Assembly: GCA_964247055.1 (NCBI GenBank)
Contig: OZ176051.1
Location: 12,338,001 to 12,402,000, forward strand
DNA: 64,000 nucleotides
Reading direction: 5' to 3'
Source of the DNA: Paragordius varius
Lineage: Eukaryota; Animalia; Nematomorpha
Numbering within the stretch: the first letter of the stretch is position 1; each line of letters opens with the position of its first letter. The notes under the pieces are model-generated. The model had not been told where the DNA came from. It did no database searches and was given only the letters and a program-made list of their open reading frames with translations. Below, in pieces: positions 1 through 13,995 of the stretch. The position numbers and the translations under genes were made by a program.

Positions 1-3000
1 GGGAAATAAATGTATAAGGTTTAATCATAAGTTGCAGGTTTTTGGGTAAAAAGCATTTTGAAAGAAAATTAATAATTTATTTCATTAAAATATTTTCCAC
101 AGTCACTCTCCAAACTCTCAGATATGCCAGCAAAACTGATTGTCTTTGGCGACAAACTATTCGTCAAGCTATTATAAAAAGGTCTTATTGAAGTGCTGCT
201 CTGCGTATGCCCATTGATACAACTCCGAAATTATGTTAACAATGCAATGTCTATATCAGTACTAATATAAAGAAAATCACCAGCTTTTAAAGAACAAAAT
301 ATAGGATATACGTTGCTCATAAAAAAATCTACCCAAACTGATTAAGGATTAACTGCTTTTAGATTTTGAATAATTGTTTGAATTAGGAATCAAAATGGCG
401 TGGAAATCCTTCTGTGTTAAGCAAATGTTCAAAATAATATCCAAATTTATAGGAGTTTGTTGATTTAATTTTATAAAATTTTAAATTTTAAACACCGGCT
501 CCTAATATTTTTGAAATAATATACGATTAGTTCGGTCGGTACCTGAAATAAAGAGAAGTATTTAACTTTATTGAAAATAATCCAAAACATATTTTAAATT
601 AATTAAAAACAGGGTGTTAACGCAAACCACATGGAGCCGGTACAGGTTCCTAAAATTTTAGCAAAACAAACCCGGAACCACCGTTCAGAGAACCATTTTG
701 GTTCCGGTTCCACACCCAAAATAAGTGTTCTAATATGTTTTTAATTTTAAAAAATAAAATTATTGTATTAAATCATATTGGTGCCCATCAAAATAGAACA
801 ACCATCCTAATTTTACAATTTGTTGTTTTAAATATTGTTTTTAAATCACATTTTAATAGGACACCATAATTATCATATAATTTTTTAATTTATTGATAAA
901 GAATCACCTTATTTTAATGAAAAAAACTTTTGGTAAAGCAAACTATATTAAGAATCTCAGAGCCTAGGTAAAGAGAAAACACGATAAATTGATCCTGGTT
1001 ATGCCTTCAAACGAAAAATCAAGAACCCAAATGGAATTGTTTTTATTTGCAAAGAACGTTCCGGTTGCGGATTCGATATATAAAGAAGCCAACACAGTTA
1101 CGACTTCAGTAACTCGGGAGGGTTTAACATTTTTCGACCCAGTTCAAAGACTATTAAACTTTACATTTTCAGAATAAGTGTTTTAGTATTTGGCTATGAA
1201 ATATACCTAAAAAAGCCCATTAGTTCCATCTCAGGTACCAAAGGCATATTTAAGATTAGTATGGGTTAACAAAAGGATTTATATTAATATACGTATTATT
1301 AAACGTTTCATAACTATATAATTATTCAGATGGCTAAATATTTACCACATATAATTGAGCTTTAAATCAATGTTTGAGAGCGCAAAATTAGTGGGCTGAA
1401 ACGTTCACTATTAATGGCAAACATATGCAGAGTAGATTTGCCTAAGTTTAATGGAAAACAATCAAAAGGGAAATTTTCTTAAAAACAGTTTATGCAAAAA
1501 TGAATTAATAAAAGCAATAGGGATCACCTCATACCAGAATTATTTACATTGAAAGTCTAATTACTAAAATCTTAATTTGCTGCATAATTTTGGATGTAAC
1601 CAATAAAAGATGTAAGTTTGTAATAACTATTGTTCGAAGAGCAAACTTGATTAAGAAAAATTACAAAATGCTATGGTAAAATAAACGAAACTGGGGATAC
1701 ATTTGTGTTATTTATCCAGACAACTAAATGAAAATCACAAATCCCGACGACAGTCATTTAATAATAAATATATCAAGAATAAATATAATATGTTAACAAA
1801 AATGGAGAAGCTCTGAATCGGATATTATAAAGAGCAAAACCAGTTGAAAATAAAATAGTATTATATTCAGCTGTTTGTTTATATGCTTTGAAGCTATCCC
1901 TCGGAACTCTATAATTTAGAAAATACAAGTAAATGTTTGATAATAAAATTTTAACCCAAAATTTACAAATATAAGCCCTGGAACAGAAAATTCAAAAATG
2001 TTATCGTCTACAAAAAAATGCACAGGCAACAAGTGTTAAATAACACTTATTGAATTGTAATCGATATAAGAAATCAGAAATGCCAAAATTGCGAAAATTA
2101 TTAAACATTTATTTTTAAAATAAATAAGCTTTCCTATTCTTTTTGGGTGGCATATTTTGACATCCATTTTTCACAAAAAATAATAATTCTGAATCATAAT
2201 TATAGTATTAGCAGTGTGGTTGCTTGGAATCGATTCGAAAAGTAATAATAAATTTCTTCGATTTAACCCCCCTTAAATTATGGCTTCTAAGGCATGACAC
2301 CCCTCCATATATTAGCCAACTTAAGATAATAAATATTATATAAAAAAAGGATTTCGTACCAACGAATCCAGTTGCAAAATTTTCATTAATTAATAAGGGT
2401 TAGAATTGATTATATTATAATGGTTGTATACCTTCTTTAGCCCTTATTTTTATATACTTTTGTTGTAAATAATCTAATTTTCGTCAGTTCGAATCGGGCA
2501 TCAAAAAATGATACATTCAAGAAGAGGCTTGAAACAGAGTGTTTCTTTATCATCCATCAATCTTTAGTTAGAACATTTTTTGTATATGCTACAGGCTTGC
2601 AAAAGTCACTGCCAACTATCTAAAATTTGAAAGTATAAATAGCGTATAAATTTATTAGTTATATCATTTTCAGCTAAAAGCAACACTTTTTCTGCCAACA
2701 ACATTTTTGCAACCAAAACATTTTACATTCACAACTAAAAATATTGCGCTTGCTTGAAAAAAGTTGCGTTTGGTTGAAAGATGTTGCTTTTGAGTAATAA
2801 ATGGTATACAAATTTAACAATATGTTTTACATATGCGTTCTATCTTATATACATTAAAAAAATTAAATTTATTCGGATTCAAAACATCTAACTACTAAGA
2901 AATAATGATATAAATAATAATAATCTAAGATGCAATTATCTTATATCATGTCCATATTTTGGGCAAATAATGCGGTATATATCTCTTGATAGCGAGGTAG

Positions 3001-3559
3001 CAAAATTAAAACAAAAGTGTCAAATAAATTTATCATGTAAAATAATAGGAATAAATAAAATTAAACGGTTATCCAATGCCATAATTAAATATATAAACAT
3101 GTCAGAGGCGGATAAAATAATAAAAATTTGATTAGATTGCAAGCCCGCAAATAGTTATTTAATCTGGCAATAGTGGCAGAGGTAATTGTTTGTCTTGATC
3201 GGGCTTACAGAAACATTTTGAGCGAAAAGGCGGAGAGCATTTTTCAAAAATCCTCCATTCGCGTGCTGTATGCGCCGTGAATCGATTCGTTTGATTGATA
3301 AAAACCAAACGGCCCCACAAAAAAATGTAAGCGTCTGTGCCAAACTCTCATATCGAATATATTGTGTACCCGATTTTGCGGAGTATATATAATAGAAATG
3401 GGATAATAACGGGGATACTTGGCAGATGATAACAAACAATAAGTTGTATTTTTAATAAAGGTGTGCTATTAACTGAAATACCGACATATGTATTATTAAT
3501 ATCATTTCTATCAATTGTGATTAAAGACTTTAAATATATATATTGTAATTTTGACACAA

Positions 3560-4260
3560 AAGAATAAGGTAAAATAATAAAAATATTGAATTTTCAATCA
3601 TTATAAATCCTCTTAAATATGTGTTTTGTGTCCGATGTTACATATTAGAATCATCATAATTTGCAAATGCATTAAAAGAGTTGTAACGTTGCGAAGCCGG
3701 CATCATAAATTAATATAGTGATACATTTGGTACAGAACAAAAATATTTGCCAGGATATTAAAGGATGCCATGAAAAAATCAGAGTAACATATATCACAAT
3801 AGTTATCATTCGCAACTTTTTTAAAACTTTAGTTCCACTAAGTCATAAAACTAATAAGAGAAAAACAGTTATGATTGTCACAAAACAGTTACCCAACTCT
3901 GAATAGATTTTGGCATACAATTAAAAATATATGAGATAATTATTTTTTACTTTGTAATCAAATGGGTAAATGATCTTTACGTAACATGATCAGCTCATAT
4001 ATATCAATGATTAAAAACATATTTTTTAGAATAAACATTAGCAACATACTCCAACATATAATATATATCGGATGATTGAAATTGCATGAGAGAATAGGTA
4101 AAACATGAGCGTACGATTGGTCGTTAAGTATTTTGGGGATGACTTGGTGACTAAGTATAATTATAATAAAATAAGGAATAGTTAATATATATTTTAAGAG
4201 AGAGGTTATATAGCCATGCCTACTGATAGCAGATTGAATCAAACCAAACCCCATTTCGTT
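3560..4260 (-). pseudogene. Possible decayed class A GPCR-like membrane protein gene (approximate bounds)
   Basis: Minus-strand ORF 3958..4254 is hydrophobic (…CWSMLLMFILKNMFLIIDIYELI…, DRY-like position). Downstream minus-strand frames, broken by stops, give …KKLRMITIVIYVTLIFSWHPLISW…, which resembles TM6 with a CWxP-like motif. No intact ORF. Confidence 0.3.
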
Positions 4261-4469
4261 TATCTATTAAACAACGAACACGCAATTTTAGTTTGTTAAC
4301 ACTCCAATCCCTTTGGGGTAATTTTATATCCTAAAGAGATTAATTTCGATATCTTAAAGAGTAATCAAGGTATTAAGCCAAATTTAAAATATGCTTTCTT
4401 TAGTCCTTTAGGCGCTTTATACAAAAAAATTCTTTTCTAAAAACGTAAAATATCCTCATTTTAAACATT

Positions 4470-5180
4470 TTTGGCGTCATAGTGAAAATGGGCGCTCTGG
4501 TAGACCAGATATGTTCCATAGCCTCTTAGATGATCAAGTACAAGAGTTATTGAATTATAGCCCAACTCACATTCAACAGCATTGGGATTTATGCATGCAA
4601 AAAACAATAAAGACGTTGCAATGGAGTCCAATACAATCTGAATAAAGGTTAAATCGAAAGTTGCAAGGTGGTTTGTACCTGCTTCAGAAATCTTTGCAAC
4701 GTGGTGATGGGATAAAAAGTAGCTTTATTTTAAAAGTTTAAAGCGTAAAAATCGTGGCTATTTTCTTGCCAATCCGGTTCATCTACCAAAATCAAATTGG
4801 CAGAAAACAATGATCTGTGTCTGGTGAGACCAACGGAGTACATTTGAAATTTTGAAACCTGGTAAACGGTTAATACACAACGCCATCGTCACCAAATAAT
4901 TAAAACTTTGCATGAATAAAAAACGACCGGAATGAGCCATAAGTGATTTTGCTACATGCCGATGATCCGTCTCTCAGCAAAACTAGTGAAAGACACCTTG
5001 AAATCTTTTCAATAGAAAATTCTTTTTCATCCGTTTCCTGACCTGGGGCCATTTAATATTACCGCTTCGGATCAATGGAATATACACTCACTGGGCAGCA
5101 CTCTAATAATTTGGAAGACGTTGGAAGATGGCATAAATGCCGTAAAATTTTGATAGAATTTATATATTAACTAAAAGATG
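4470..5180 (+). mobile_element. Degraded mariner (Tc1/mariner, Mos1-like) transposase relic
   Basis: Frameshifted translation gives RSGRP…, KTMICVW*DQRS…EILKPG…KKRPE, …LVKDTLKS, PDLGP…MEYTLTGQHSNNLEDVGRW. These are collinear with the mariner motifs VMLCVWWD, ELLKPGE, EKRPE, KPVKDTL and YSPDLAPSDY. TIRs not identified. Confidence 0.75.
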
Positions 5181-5709
5181 GGCGAAATGTGTAGCTGATG
5201 GACAATTGATAAATAATATATTTTCCTTAGGGAGATTATAAAACAAATTTTTTGATTTTTGTGGTTCAACCGTTATATTTAAAAGCCTTGTATACAGGGT
5301 TGAAGAAAATCTCTGTGAATATCACTGCACTAAAATTCATATAAAAGATCTGTTTTTTCTTAAAAATTAAATAAATATAAATAGCACAAACACTCATAGC
5401 CAATTAAAGCCTTTTTAGGCAGCGATATCTGAATTGTACTTATTAATATAGTAAACAATGCAAACCGGGTAAAAAGGATAAAGGTTGACAGACAGTTTGA
5501 TTGCATATTATATATTGTTCTCGATATACATTAGGACTTTATCACTCGTCATTAGATCCCTAGTCATTAATATTATATAAATATTTGTGCATTTTGAAAA
5601 ATGGCATTAGATGTTTTTTCAATTTTTTAAAATAATTTGTGCATCGGTAATTTAATTTTAATTTACCAAAGCAAATAACATCCTATAGATAGTATTGTAA
5701 AGTATCTCA

Positions 5710-6590
5710 AGTGCCTTTTACTGCCGAAATTAATCTTTTCGTGGTTGCATCAATAACACAATCACAATGTTAACTCCGTTTAATATTGGAAACAAACAAT
5801 CAACAATAAAGCCAAAATTTATTAAATACTACAGACTTGTAATAAAATATATGTTAAACTTAAAATTACGCATACTTTAACTTTACATGCATTTATTCTA
5901 TTTTTCGTCATTAATATACTAAAATGCTTTTATTCTTTAATCCATTAGCTGCTAGAAGGTTGAAAGGAAGCTTTGTTAACAAAACTATTTACAACTAGAT
6001 TATTACCAATTTTGGTTAGAGTTTACATTTCATAAACCATTATTGCCACCGCAAGTATTGATACAACAACTGAGATAAGAACAGATAATGTGATTGGTAA
6101 TTAGAAGAATAGATAATTCGAACATATTTTAAATGGACTACCAACTTAATTATATGAAATTTTCGATATTTTTATGGAGTAACGGTACTATTGCTATCAT
6201 TAATATGGAAAACATTATACACAAATAAAACTGAACGACATAAGTAAATAAATGACCATTTTTAGTAAATACGGGTTCAATTGTTATACATTTTAACATA
6301 ATATCATTAATAATTACACATTTAGACAAAAACATCATCTAAAAACTTAATCATAATTAATATCAAACGACATTTATATTCATATTTTTGGTGGTATATC
6401 TAGCAATCTAGAATGCTAGAAGGAAAACGTGAAAAATAATAAATGTTACATAGATAATAAATAATTTTAAAACCCAAAACAATGAGTGCCCTGTTGTAGG
6501 TATCCATTATAACTAATAAGGATATTAAAGATAACATGATGATAATATCGTGAATATGTAACATAAAATCATATTTATTGTGTCAGATTT
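5710..6590 (-). pseudogene. Decayed paralog of the 7TM receptor-like gene at 62982-63863
   Basis: Minus-strand fragments are collinear with the intact 293-aa ORF: SYNG vs HYNG; FIIYVTFIIFHVFLL vs FVCYIIFITLHVIIL; MMFLSKCVIINDIMLKCI vs LMAIPKFVIVNDVMLKCI; LMTKNR vs AMTKNR; LLMQPRKD vs LLYPQKD. Multiple in-frame stops and frameshifts. Confidence 0.75.
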
Positions 6591-7156
6591 GGGATTATAA
6601 AATAATTGTAAATAACTTTAGCTTTGTAAGTAAGATATAAATTTATTTTAAAGGGTTAACCAAACTTAATTTGCTATGCCACCCTTGTTTCTTATTCATC
6701 CTAAAATTTAAATAGCTTTTATGTATAAAAATCAACGTTTATATATTTAAAATGTGATGATATTAGACGTTTTCCCATTTAATTTAATTTTGGTCTTCAA
6801 AATAAAAATTTATTGTGTTATCAAATAAAAATAACACCCATGGGATGGTTAAAAAAATAAAATGAATTTAATTTATTTGTCATAACATATATACTTATAT
6901 TTAGTTAAAATTCTAAAAAATTGGCGGCTATCTAATGCGATATACATTGAGCAAAACACTATAATATATCTAAAAAACGATAAATAATTTTTTAACCCAA
7001 TTTTTTTAAGATTTTACGTTTAGACACCTGCACTAAGCAACAAATTTTTTTGCCACTTTGCATTCACTGGTATATCCTAACAGTACTAATTAAAACTATG
7101 ATATTTACCTAAGATTACAATTTAATTTTTTACTCTTTATCAAAATCTTATTAAAT

Positions 7157-7282
7157 AACAAATACCCATTTGTAATATATCATTGGAAAATATTATGACT
7201 CTATGCACATTAATATGTTTTATATCGATACTAATATTGGAGATGGGAAGAGACAAACAGCTAAGCTGGAGCGTTTTTGTCA
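7157..7282 (+). repeat. Dispersed ~125-bp repeat, copy 1 (copy 2 at ~18336-18460)
   Basis: Both loci begin aacaaatacccatttgtaat, share taatatgttttat and end in …agcgttttt. Diverged; probably a TE end. Confidence 0.6.
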
Positions 7283-8479
7283 ATAAAAATATTTGTTAGC
7301 TCTACTTTGTGATGGCAATCATAAAAAGATAACAATTCGATTAAAATCAACTGCGCTCATGAAAAACAGCCATTTTTAATTTTAGTTTTTTTAATATTTC
7401 CATCATAATTAATTATTTTCTTTAAAAGACTTATAATATTAAAATTTCAAGACAACTGAAAAATAATGGTACGTTTGGCCGTTTGACTGAAAAATGGTAT
7501 ATCAGGCTCCAGAGATGCGATAGTCAATACTACTAAACTTAACCTTATCTCTATAATTGGCTATTTAATTTTTCTAATAATTATGCTTTGATTTACGATT
7601 GCTATTATTTCGGTTTATATTATTTAATAAAAATGTTGTATTAACCATTTAATAAAAAGACAGAATAAAAATTGAACCGGTTCCATGTATAAAGTACTGG
7701 TTACGGATTTGTTAAATTTTAAGGAATCAACCCTGTTAAAATTTAACTTGCTCACGAACCATTCCAGTAGGTCAAAAATCTTAGAAAATACTCGGGTTTT
7801 ATTTAAAGCTAAAGATCGGTCCCACTTTTTGTGTTGTTTAAAGCCTGGGCCAAGAGAGTTTTAGATCCCACTAAATTAATGTATATATAAAATGTGCGCA
7901 TGTTTTACAATAATCTATCAGAATTTAAATATTTCATACATGTTTAACCGCTAATGTGGTGCATTGAGATATTAACAAAATATTTTAATAAATTTTCAGT
8001 TTTTACCCAAAATATATTCAATGTAATGCTGGTTTATTTTATTGGAATCATTCCTTAAATTACCCATAATCAAAACAAAAGCCTTAGATGATTCTGATGC
8101 TTTTCCATCATCTATAAATTTATCAAATTATATTTGTTCCAGATTTTGCGTAATTTATATTATTGTTATTCTTAAAATTACTTTTTACTAAGGTGTTTAA
8201 ATAAAATGTCCAAAAATTATTATTGAATTATCTCCTATATATAACAATATTTAACAGGCAAAGCAATATTTATGTTAGTTATTGTGACGTAGGCTCCGAA
8301 AGTCTTCAAATTTTTGAACCCCTTTAAAATATGGTAAATTTCTTACCTATGCCGAGTTTGTTGTCCCATTTGAAAAGCAAATTTTTGCCTTTGTTTGGGC
8401 AAAAACTGCCCTTAGGTAAATTTGCTTCAAAGCTCATTTTTTATATGGTTGCCTAGTTTATTATGAACAAAAGTAAAAA

Positions 8480-9200
8480 CAGTGTTCAACCAAACTATTT
8501 GTCTTTTTATATAGGATCAAAAATTTGAGTTCACATGGCCCATTGGTATTTATTCTACCTTAAAACCACGTAATTTTTACATGGTGTGTAACTCTACCCA
8601 ACGGCTTATAAAGCGCAACACCGAAAATTATAAATGATTTTATATAGTATCATTGCATGGGCAAAAATTTAATTTCAAATCAATGTATGGTGTGATTTGC
8701 AGAGGGTTAAACCTACCCAGCCGCTAATCATAAAGCGCTCCCCATATGTAGATATATAAAACCATAATTGATCCCATATGGTATCATGAGTTTTTTGCAT
8801 GTCATGGCCAAATATATTATGGGTGGCGGATTGTATAAAAAAACTGGGTCGGTTACCCAGCGGCTATTTGAAACAAGTCGACAATTATATTTGTCATTTA
8901 TGGAAAACTACTAAAACTACTACTGATTCTTTATCCGCTCAGTTATTCGAAAACATGTTTTAAAGTCCAATTATTTTACATTAGGGCGTATTAGCAGCCA
9001 TGAGAAACATTTACCTAAAATTTTATCTTTATATAGGCAATACCGCCATAATTGGTTCCATTCAAAACATGCCTCTAAGTTATATTATTTTTTACATGGT
9101 GCATTTAACAGGATGTGAGGCCCTACCCAGCAGCTGTATAAAAAGCACTCAACAAAAATTTTTGTCTTTAAATGGAGATTTAAAACTAATAATTTTTCAT
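8480..9200. repeat. Degenerate tandem array, probably TE-internal
   Basis: The motif ctaccca(a/g)c(g/c/a)gct…aaagcgc/aaaagcac recurs at ~8594, ~8713, ~8853 and ~9123. Two of these are preceded by tttttacatggtg (~8575, ~9089). Confidence 0.45.
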
Positions 9201-10469
9201 GCTCTCATTGAATTGAAAAATACCCTCAAAATTAGATGTCTATGGTAGAGGATTTAACGCATGGGCTCGTCCCAGAAAATAATTACAAAAGCATCTGACA
9301 TAATTTTTTCCTTAAAACATTTTAAACCCTTAATGAATCCATACAGTCTCATAGATTTTAAAAACTATTTATTTATGGTGGCGCATTCAAGCAGAGTCCT
9401 ATATAACTGCAGATATGTAAAGCGTTTGACTAAAATTATTACATTTATACGGGAATACCTCAAACCATTATTATTTTTATATAGTCTATAACTTCGGAAG
9501 AACATTGTTTTGTAAATTTAGTTTTGGAGACTCACACAGGAGGAGCGTTAAAAAGAGGGACAAATTTAAAAAAGTGGGGCCGCCCATGGGAAGTAAAAAA
9601 TGAATAAATGGGTCAGCCCGGAAATTTTCTAAGGCGCGATTCTTTTTAAAATTATCTCATAATTAATTTTGGTCATGATTTATTTATTTATGTGCAAAAT
9701 TGGTTAACAGCTGATCACCTTCTAAATTATATGATATTATTGGGTATTTCTCTGATAGCGGTTAAAACCTATTGTTCTTTACAGTTTTACTCTTAAATGA
9801 TTGAAGGCATTTTAGTAATTAATGTCTTTATGCATTATACATTATCCAGTTCATTACCTAATCAACAAAAATGCAAAAAGTGATAAAAGTTTTTGAGATT
9901 TTTTATGATGCGCTTAAAATAACTAAGAATGAATTATTTTGAATGGTCCAATTTCATAAATTATTTTAGTTATTTAGATTTAAAATCTCTAAGGTTTAAA
10001 GGTAATTTTACAGTGAAAGTCATGGAAAAATTTATAAGGCCAAATCGATTAAGTTTTTAATTTAAGTTAAGGTCACGCCCATTAATTTTTAATGCGTACC
10101 TGTAAAAAATATTAATGATTACTACTAGTTACTTCCTCCAATTTACAATTTGGTATTCTTCTATAAAACAATTATATATCCAATCAATCATTTTTTAAAG
10201 AAATAGTAAATTTCTAAACTATAGCATACATCTGAATCTTTCCCTATTAACGAAAAAAATCCATTACGCCAATTATATGGCTGTATATAGAATCAATTTT
10301 ATATTTTAATCTATAATGACGTAAAACAAGCTCCATAAAAGCTAAGTTTATATGTTAATATAATGTGTCAATTGATCTTAAATTTTGAGCTAGTGAATTT
10401 GGTTATTTATATAAAATATATAATATTTCATCTAATTTACTGATTTTATATACCAAAATATTAGGAAAT

Positions 10470-10509
10470 TATATATATATATATTTATATATATATATAT
10501 ATATATATA
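10470..10509. repeat. (TA)n microsatellite
   Basis: ~40-bp AT dinucleotide run with one interruption. Similar runs occur at ~16076-16113, ~31545-31565 and ~57552-57571. Confidence 0.9.
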
Positions 10510-11397
10510 ATTCGCCAAAAGTTTCCTTCAACACTTCAATTCTTAAAACATTTCAAGTTGGCCTTGACTTACATTGGTCCTTGAATCAGTAACCTCAGGC
10601 TGGTCCTTAATATTTGAAGGCTATAACCATAATTTTTGCATGTATTCATATATTAATTTATTTTCTAACCTAATATCTTTATTTATTAATATTTTTTCAT
10701 TCAAAATTAAAAACGTTATTCCAATTTAACAATATTTTAAAATTACAAAACAATAATAAATTGCTTATATGGATATATAAATATGTATACGATTATGATC
10801 TTGAATATTAAAAAGACAAAACGCCCTATCAACACAATAAAACGAGATAATTTAGTACCTCACACGTAGTATTTATAACTATGAATAAATTTAACTAAGA
10901 CAAATTTGCTTAAAACAAAAAAATGAGTAGAGTCATCTATCAAGTTTTTTGAAAGAATAAATCTAATAACTTCTCTTTTTCCATTTTGATTGCATTATAT
11001 GTGATCCCCATGTTCAAGGACGAAACGCGCCCTACTTTAAAATTTGATTCGATCGTTATATACTGATTATCGATATAAATTCGTATTATTATTGTGTCCA
11101 ATGTATTTTGTGATAGGCTGTTTCTTTACAATTATAACTATTCATCCTTTAATATTTTTATGGGGTAAATTCTTTTATAATGGCATCATTTATTTTACAA
11201 ATATTTTTGTCCTGTGCCATGTATCAAATTTTTATTAATTTATGGTGCATATTACACGTTACAAATATTTAATGCATAAACAAATTACTCAGAAAGATTT
11301 TTTAATTAACAAAGTTTTTTTGGTTGTATGCTCATCGGACACAAAATATGGCAATATTGAATAGGGGATTAAAAATATTTGTATTCGTATATAAAAG

Positions 11398-12462
11398 AGC
11401 GAAGCTATTGTCGGGGCATTTATCAATGATTATATTTTTTCAATATTTGGATTTGAATAGGTCTACCGGTTTTCCGGTACCAGGTCACAAAGCCACATGA
11501 CGGATCAGTTTTTCGCGGGTAGCTCCTTACTCAGCAGCTATCTTTAAAGAAATGCTTGACTAAAATTTTTGCCTTTTAACAGAATACGTAGAATCGTTAT
11601 TGAATTTTTACGGTCTCATACCTTTGGCGAAAAATAGATTCAAAAAATTATTTTTGTGGACTTTGTTTTTTGAAAAAAATGGCATTTTACGGGGGGAGCG
11701 GGTAAAAAGAGGGCCTAAAAAATAGCGAGCCGACTATGTTCGGTGCGATCGTAAATAACTAAACAAAAATCATATTTGAAATTGAATGGTTCAACACGTT
11801 CTCTGGAAAATTGTCTCAAAGACACGATTTTTATCGACTGGTGTTAAAAAAACCCGTTTTTTAGACGGGGTGGGCCCAACTGGGGGCCTAATTTAAAAAA
11901 AGGGCGAATTGTCGGGGCATTCATTAATAATTTTATTTTTTTGATTTGAGATTTGAATGGGTCTACCGGTTTTCCGGTACCAGATCACAAAGCCACATGA
12001 CGGATCAGTTCCTTACTCAGCAGCTATCTTCAAAGAAATGCTTGACTAAAATTTTTGCCTTTTAACAGGGAATACGTAGAATCCTTATTAAATTTTTACG
12101 GTCTCATACCTTTGGTACTTTGTTTTTTGAAAAAAATGGCATTTTACGGGGGGAGCGGGTAAAAAGAGGGCCTAAATTAAAAAAGCGAGACGACTATGTT
12201 CGGTGCGATCGTAAATAACTAAACAAAAATCATATTTGAAATTGAATGGTTCAACACGTTCTCTGGAAAATTGTCTCAAAGACACAATTTTTGTGGACTT
12301 GTGTTTTCAAAAAAAAACATTTTTTACACGGGGTGGGCCCAACTGGGGGCCTAATCAAAAAAAGGGCGAAGCTATTGTCAGGGCATTCATTAATGATTAT
12401 ATTTTTTCGATATTAGGCTTTGAATGGGTCTACCGGTTTTCCGGAAACAGATCACAAAGCCA
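11398..12462. repeat. Tandem duplication of a ~460-510 bp unit (2 full copies plus a partial third)
   Basis: The unit start gcgaa(gcta)ttgtc(g/a)gggcatt occurs at ~11398, ~11904 and ~12366. Shared blocks include gtctaccggttttccgg…cacaaagcc, gggggagcgggtaaaaagagggcct and gggtgggcccaactgggggcct. Confidence 0.9.
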
Positions 12463-13995
12463 GCATTTTCCATTTTTATAAATATATAGATTAGGGATAA
12501 AAAATTAATAGTAGAAATACTTATAATATATCACGACGTTTGAGTAATTAATTATACGCATTTAATAAAAAATGCATCTTATATTCAGAGCTTCCCCGTA
12601 AATTCCCAATTTTCAATTAAGTCTCATTCGCAAAATTGAGTAATTTTGTAAGAATGATGCAATCAGTTGGGACTTATATATTTTGTGGTGCCGTTTAGGT
12701 TTTTCATTTGATGGAGGCGATCTACGGCACATACAACAATAGAGGATTTTCGAAAATGCTTTCTCCCTCATCTCAAATATTGCTGTAAGCCCGATTGGTA
12801 CAAACAATAATGTCACTTTTGCGAGATTAAATAGACAGATATTGCTGGTTGTCATTTTATCAATGTTTGTTCATTTTACGCTTATGACATGTTTATTTTA
12901 ATTATGGATAATGCTTAATTTCTATTTTTTTAACACTGTCTGCAATAAAAGGGTCAATTTTAGCAAAAAATATTTTTTTATTATAAATAGCGAATTCATT
13001 TGCCTGAATGAGAGAAATCTTAATTAAAATATCAGAGATACAATAATAGAAAAAATCATATATTTAAGGTTTTTATTAAGTTAGATTAAAAATCGTGTCC
13101 CTTTAACATATTTAATACACAAAAATTTTTAATGATACTCTATATAATTTTTAATTATTTTCCAACAATCACCATAAAATATTAACAATCATAGTTTATA
13201 CATTTAAAATAACATATATCAAAATTAATAATATAAAGTTTATTATTTTTTTTATATTTTATGAGTGTATAAAAAATTGTTAACTTTGTTCACATGAGCT
13301 AGAATTTAAAGTATAGAAATTATTATTGGATTAACAAGTTTTAACATCAGTAATAATTCCAATAACAAGTTAATCTTATAATAAATTAATATTTTTACTG
13401 AGATTTGTATGGATTGTTGGTTGCAAATTAAAGGAAGATTTTAAAATAAAACATTAGACACTCAAACCAGATGAGCAAAAATGAATATGTAAAATTTAAT
13501 TAATTTCATTTTGATATATAAGTTTTTAATACATAAAATATGGCTAAGATATTTATGGTGAGTTACAAATTACTAAAAAAATTTTGTAATATAGTTTCAT
13601 ACTATTCATAAATTTTAATGTTTGATAAAATGATATTAAATTTTTATATCTAAAGTTTTATCATTATTTTTTTAATTATCCTTAATAATCACTTATTGCC
13701 CGATATCGATGTTCTCTCAATGTTTGAAAAGTCGTTAATAAATTTTTGCAATGAATTTTGTAAATTACCTCATAAAAAAATTTTGTCCACAAATTTTGAT
13801 ATTCTTGATATCTTATTAATATTATCAAGAGACAAAACATTATATAACGATAATCCGAATCATGATATTTATATATCCTAGCGTTCAGCAAAATTGGATG
13901 TTATTTGTTCAAAACAAAAAAACAAATTATTTTAAAAGAGATTAAATAACTTGTGAGTGCAGTCAGGAATTTTAAATTAGATAATATGCACTTAA

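Noticed and set aside
490-720. Cluster of gaacc/ggttcc motifs resembling the hAT MITE at 36656
   Set aside because: No matching TIR pair or TSD could be identified.
989-1177. 62-aa ORF with moderately coding-like composition
   Set aside because: No recognisable domain, starts at a non-ATG codon, and no compatible neighbouring exons were found.
3155-3439. Overlapping minus ORFs containing WHRRLH and CHYCQ (integrase zinc-finger-like words)
   Set aside because: The motifs are in different frames, with no recognisable integrase core or LTR nearby.
6339-6371. Possible 33-nt GT..AG intron in the 7TM paralog
   Set aside because: The intact paralog is intronless here, and the locus has many other stops and frameshifts, so decay explains it better.
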